In this document: piece by piece, positions 30,597-32,000 of the stretch
Layout: each line of letters opens with the position of its first letter
Position numbering within the stretch: the first letter of the stretch is position 1
Assembly (NCBI RefSeq): GCF_000017305.1
Contig: NC_009664.2
Location: 2,520,001 to 2,552,000, forward strand
DNA from: Kineococcus radiotolerans SRS30216 = ATCC BAA-149
Lineage (GTDB): Bacteria; Actinomycetota; Actinomycetes; Actinomycetales; Kineococcaceae
Length of the DNA stretch: 32,000 nucleotides
Direction of reading: 5' to 3'
Notes under the pieces: generated by a model
Told to the model about the DNA's origin: nothing
Databases searched by the model: none
The model's input: only the letters and a program-made list of their open reading frames with translations
Program-made: the position numbers and the translations under genes

Positions 30597-32000
30597 GTGA
30601 GCGGGCAGGTGGGGGCGGAGGTCCCCCGGGTGCGGGCGGGCCGCCCCGACCCGACCCGCCCGAGCGTCCTGCACCTCGACCTCGACGCCTTCTTCGCCGC
30701 CGTCGAGCAGCGGGACAAGCCCTCCCTGCGCGGCAAGCCCGTCGTGGTCGGCGGCCCGGGCGGGCGCGGGGTCGTCGCCACCGCGAGCTACGAGGCGCGG
30801 GTGTTCGGGGTCGGGTCGGCGATGCCGACGGCCCGCGCGCGCCGGCTCTGCCCGAACGCGGCGTACCTGGCGGGGCGGTTCGAGGCGTACCGGGCGGTGT
30901 CGGAGCAGGTGATGGGCCTGGCGCACACCCTGTCCCCGCTCGTGGAGCCGCTGTCGCTGGACGAGGCCTTCGTCGACCTGTCCGCGGTCCACGACGACCT
31001 CGACGTCGAGCGCGTCACCGGCATCGCGGAGGGTTTCCGCGCCGAGGTCCGGGCCCGGACGGGCCTGACGGTCTCCGTCGGGGTCGGGGCCAGCAAGCTC
31101 GTCGCCAAGATCGCCTCCGACCTGCGCAAGCCCGACGCCCTGGTCGTCGTGCCGCCGCAGGAGCAGGAGGCGCTGCTGGCGCCGATGAGCGTGCGCCGGA
31201 TCCCCGGGGTCGGGGCGGTGACCGGGGACCGGCTGGTGCGGTCGGGGCTGCGGACGATCGGCGACCTCGCCGCGGCCGACGAGGGGGAGCTGGTGCGGAT
31301 GCTGGGCAAGGCCCACGGCAGCGGGCTGCTGGCCTTCGCCCGCGGGATCGACCCGCGCCCGGTGGTCCCCGAGCGGGAGGCGAAGTCGGTCTCGGCGGAG
31401 GAGACGTTCTCCACCGACCTCACCGACCGCGCCGACCTCACCGAGCGGATCCGCCGGATGGCCGACCGGGTCGCGGTGCGGCTGGGGAAGGCGGGGCTGT
31501 CCGGGCGCACCATCACCATCAAGGTCCGCCGCTACGACTTCAGCACCCTCAACCGCTCGCGGACGCTGCCGCACGCGACGAGCTCGGCCAAGGAGGTCGC
31601 CCTGCACGCCGGGGAGCTGCTCGACGGCGTCGACGTCGCCGACGGCGTCCGGCTGCTGGGGGTGGGGGTGTCGGGGCTGTCGGAGTACAGCCAGATCGAC
31701 CTGCTGGCCGAGATCGAGGACCCGCTCCCGCCGGTGGAGGACGTCGAGGAGCCGGCGGGGCTGGTGGAGGGTGGTTCGCCGCACCCCTACGGGCCGCCGG
31801 CGTCCCCGGGGTGGCGGCCGGGGCAGGACGTCGTGCACGCGGGGTTCGGGCCGGGGTGGGTGCAGGGTTCCGGCGTCGGGCGCGTCACCGTCCGGTTCGA
31901 GGGGCCGCACACCCCGCCCGGGCGGGTCCGCACGTTCCGCGACGACGACCCCGACCTCACGGCGTGCGGGCCGCCGGCCTACCTGCCGGGGGACGCGTGA
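30597..32000 (+). CDS. dinB: DNA polymerase IV (Y-family, DinB) with a C-terminal extension
   Basis: Core motifs: VLHLDLDAFFAAVEQRD, ASYEARVFGV, LSLDEAFVDL, SVGVGASKLVAKIASD. Other possible starts are GTG 30609 and 30630. The stop is the last codon of the window (31998-32000). Confidence 0.9.
   Translation: MSGQVGAEVPRVRAGRPDPTRPSVLHLDLDAFFAAVEQRDKPSLRGKPVVVGGPGGRGVVATASYEARVFGVGSAMPTARARRLCPNAAYLAGRFEAYRAVSEQVMGLAHTLSPLVEPLSLDEAFVDLSAVHDDLDVERVTGIAEGFRAEVRARTGLTVSVGVGASKLVAKIASDLRKPDALVVVPPQEQEALLAPMSVRRIPGVGAVTGDRLVRSGLRTIGDLAAADEGELVRMLGKAHGSGLLAFARGIDPRPVVPEREAKSVSAEETFSTDLTDRADLTERIRRMADRVAVRLGKAGLSGRTITIKVRRYDFSTLNRSRTLPHATSSAKEVALHAGELLDGVDVADGVRLLGVGVSGLSEYSQIDLLAEIEDPLPPVEDVEEPAGLVEGGSPHPYGPPASPGWRPGQDVVHAGFGPGWVQGSGVGRVTVRFEGPHTPPGRVRTFRDDDPDLTACGPPAYLPGDA

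Noticed and set aside
29693-30781. Minus-strand ORFs that translate the 12-bp repeat as (RVGG)n or (RWAG)n (29693..30781 and 30447..31910)
   Set aside because: They overlap the TauE and dinB coding frames, have artefact composition and lack a start context. The repeat is better explained as intergenic DNA.
1-32000. Search for tRNA, rRNA, IS or transposase ends, integrase, toxin-antitoxin or defence-system genes
   Set aside because: None was recognisable by eye in any frame or in the intergenic gaps. Apart from the intein, the window looks like conserved core chromosome.

Overview
This is a very high-G+C, GC3-saturated window, typical of Actinomycetota. It is mostly conserved chromosomal core, not an obvious accessory island. 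All calls come from reading the ORF track and the DNA by eye; no searches were run.

Gene content, left to right:
- A GAF-PP2C(SpoIIE) phosphatase, divergent from a possible anti-sigma-like gene stub at the left edge.
- A P1/S58 (DmpA-like) peptidase.
- A membrane PAS-GGDEF diguanylate cyclase.
- A BisC/TorZ-type molybdopterin oxidoreductase and a GNAT acetyltransferase.
- A membrane-anchored, kinase-fold protein that lacks the catalytic motifs.
- The conserved actinobacterial block: class A PBP (ponA-like), GT87/DUF2029 membrane protein, rpsF, ssb, rpsR, rplI.
- clpC and a MATE exporter, both on the minus strand.
- dnaB, split by a 428-aa intein that carries a LAGLIDADG homing endonuclease.
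- A PrmC/HemK-related methyltransferase and a GAF-PAS x4-GGDEF cyclase.
- An LLM flavin oxidoreductase and a MIP/aquaporin channel.
- An AlkZ/YcaQ-family winged-helix protein, a TauE/SafE permease and dinB.

I found no rRNA, tRNA, CRISPR array, transposase or recognisable defence or prophage module, and I cannot support a novel multi-gene system.

The signals not explained by the genes are non-coding:
1. A helically phased, head-to-tail array of about 9-11 DnaA-box-like 9-mers just upstream of dnaB.
2. An identical 12-mer (GTGTCGGAGCCG) upstream of both dnaB and dinB. It fits the upstream half of the mycobacterial RecA-independent (PafBC-type) DNA-damage promoter motif.
3. A 12-bp tandem repeat in the divergent TauE/dinB promoter gap.
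4. A perfect 34-bp palindrome with competing stems upstream of the aquaporin gene.
5. A structured rpsF leader with an anti-SD element.

Many long Arg/Gly/Pro-rich ORFs in the track are antisense or off-frame artefacts of the G+C content and were rejected.
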